The notes beneath the pieces were generated by a model, which made no database searches, had not been told where the DNA came from, and was given only the letters and a program-made list of their open reading frames with translations. From an uncultured Nitrospina sp. (GTDB taxonomy: Bacteria; Nitrospinota; Nitrospinia; Nitrospinales; VA-1): a stretch of 64,000 nucleotides of DNA. This document shows positions 62,883 through 64,000 of the stretch, one piece after another (position 1 is the first letter of the stretch; each line of letters begins with the position of its first letter). The stretch covers positions 1,402 to 65,401 of the forward strand of contig CAJWQP010000004.1 in the NCBI GenBank assembly GCA_913045445.1, given 5' to 3'. The translations under genes and the position numbers were made by a program.

Positions 62883-63000
62883 GGCCTTCGGCCGTATATA
62901 TTTCCCTCACCCCATCTCTCTCCCCCCTGAAGGGGGTGTTCCAGCCTCAATGGGGAGAGGGAGAAAATAGCCCTTTCTCTTCCCGAAGAGAGGGTTAGGG
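62883..63000. repeat. cluster of G/C-rich hairpin-forming elements between htrA and the helicase gene
   Basis: Three hairpins are ggcc-ttc-ggcc (62883-62893), ccccc-tgaa-ggggg (62923-62936) and an imperfect ~9-bp hairpin at 62973-62994. The CCCTCACCCC / GGGGAGAGGGAG motifs are similar in style to the 6185-6271 element. Confidence 0.65.
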
Positions 63001-63131
63001 GAAAAATTTTGACCTTTTCCTCATCTGCAAAACAGGGTAAGTTGTAGCGGTTGTTGAGCGGCGTTTTTTCGGTGCGTTCGAAAGAGCGCCGTTCCTTTTT
63101 CAATCGGCTATAAAAAAGTAGATCCACGTTC

Positions 63132-64000
63132 ATGAATCTTGAATCATTAAACCCTCAACAATTAGAAGCGGTGCAGCACAACGAAGGCCCCCTGCTGGTT
63201 ATCGCGGGTGCGGGTTCGGGAAAGACACGGGTCATCACATCGCGTATCGCGTATTTAATACAACAGGGTTTGCATTCTGATAACATTCTCGCGATCACTT
63301 TTACCAATAAAGCCGCTGGTGAAATGAAGGAGCGCGTGCGAAATATGCTCGCGGGGGGTGGTGGGTTTTCTCCCTGGATAAGTACATTTCATTCTTTTTG
63401 CCTGAGACTGCTAAGAAAACATATCGATGTGCTTGACTACCCCAGAGAATTTATAATTTACGATGCGGGTGACCAGTTATCCCTGATCAAGCAGTGTATG
63501 AAATCGGCTGATATCAACACGGATGCGTTCACTCCCAAATCATTACTCAATCACATTAGCGGATTTAAAAACGAATTTCTTTTTCCCGCTGATATCAATA
63601 CGGACGACCTTCCTTTTGGCGCAAAAATGAAAGCCGCCGAAGTGTATCCTTTTTATCAGGCGGGATTAAGAAAAAGCAATGCGTTGGATTTTGATGATCT
63701 GCTGATCATGGCGGTGCGCCTGCTTAAGGAATCGGAGCCAATACTGGACCGATACAGCAATCAGTTCCGGCAAATTCTGGTTGATGAGTTTCAAGACACT
63801 AACGCAACGCAGTATGAACTGGTCAGAATGCTTGCGTCTAAACATGGGAATGTTTGCGCGGTGGGCGATGATGACCAGAGCATCTACAGGTGGCGTGGGG
63901 CGGATATTGAAAATATTTTAAATTTTGAAAAGGATTTTCCGAATGCCTGCGTGATCAAGCTGGAGGAAAACTATCGTTCGACCCAGAGTATTCTGAAAGC
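63132..64000 (+). CDS. UvrD/PcrA/Rep-family ATP-dependent DNA helicase (N-terminal part; runs off the window end)
   Basis: Not in the ORF track because no stop lies in the window. Translation: MNLESLNPQQLEAVQHNEGPLLVIAGAGSGKTRVITSRIAYLI...ILAITFTNKAAGEMKERV...ILVDEFQDTN...VGDDDQSIYRWRGA. Confidence 0.92.
   Translation, partial: MNLESLNPQQLEAVQHNEGPLLVIAGAGSGKTRVITSRIAYLIQQGLHSDNILAITFTNKAAGEMKERVRNMLAGGGGFSPWISTFHSFCLRLLRKHIDVLDYPREFIIYDAGDQLSLIKQCMKSADINTDAFTPKSLLNHISGFKNEFLFPADINTDDLPFGAKMKAAEVYPFYQAGLRKSNALDFDDLLIMAVRLLKESEPILDRYSNQFRQILVDEFQDTNATQYELVRMLASKHGNVCAVGDDDQSIYRWRGADIENILNFEKDFPNACVIKLEENYRSTQSILK

Noticed and set aside
62801-63133. 110-aa minus-strand ORF between htrA and the helicase gene
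   Set aside because: It is composed of the GC-rich hairpin and repeat elements (GERWGEG-type translation). It has no SD and no domain-like sequence.

Overview
Bacterial chromosomal window of moderate GC content, dominated by core housekeeping genes. Positions ~10.5-42.0 kb form one uninterrupted plus-strand translation/transcription block. Its order is a tRNA Thr-Tyr-Gly-Thr cluster, rpmG, tRNA-Trp, secE-nusG-rplKAJL-rpoBC, rpsLG-fusA-tuf, then fused S10/spc/alpha operons ending at rplQ. The left flank holds glyQS, a conserved membrane protein, a J-like/ExeA(GspA)-type ATPase, yacG, an amidohydrolase and tdh-kbl. The right flank holds a minus-strand trio (DnaE2-like polymerase, PflX-like radical SAM, YkgJ Cys-cluster protein), rho-rpmE-prfA-prmC-murA and a GT9 heptosyltransferase. 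It continues with a DUF2007 zinc-ribbon protein, a GT2 gene with a DUF5989 mini-gene, clpC, an HDAC-family gene, queG, hemE-hemH, htrA and the start of a UvrD/PcrA helicase. I found no rRNA, CRISPR array, transposase, integrase or obvious defence island, so most of the window is ordinary core genome. The observations most worth a second look follow. (1) A Cys4 zinc-ribbon insertion in rpoB closely resembles the zinc-binding motif of rpoC in this same window. (2) The GT2 gene loses its expected C-terminus at an A7 tract; that C-terminus sits intact in the -1 frame. (3) A 45-bp direct repeat lies at a convergent gene junction next to a 35-codon GspB-like stub. (4) A J-like domain lacking HPD is fused to the ExeA-type ATPase. 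(5) A DnaE2-like polymerase stands alone without imuA/imuB, followed by two Fe-S/Cys-cluster genes. (6) Several sub-60-codon genes are missed by the ORF track (yacG, rpmG, rpmJ, DUF5989). Every functional call rests on my reading of the translations and recalled family motifs; no database search was run.
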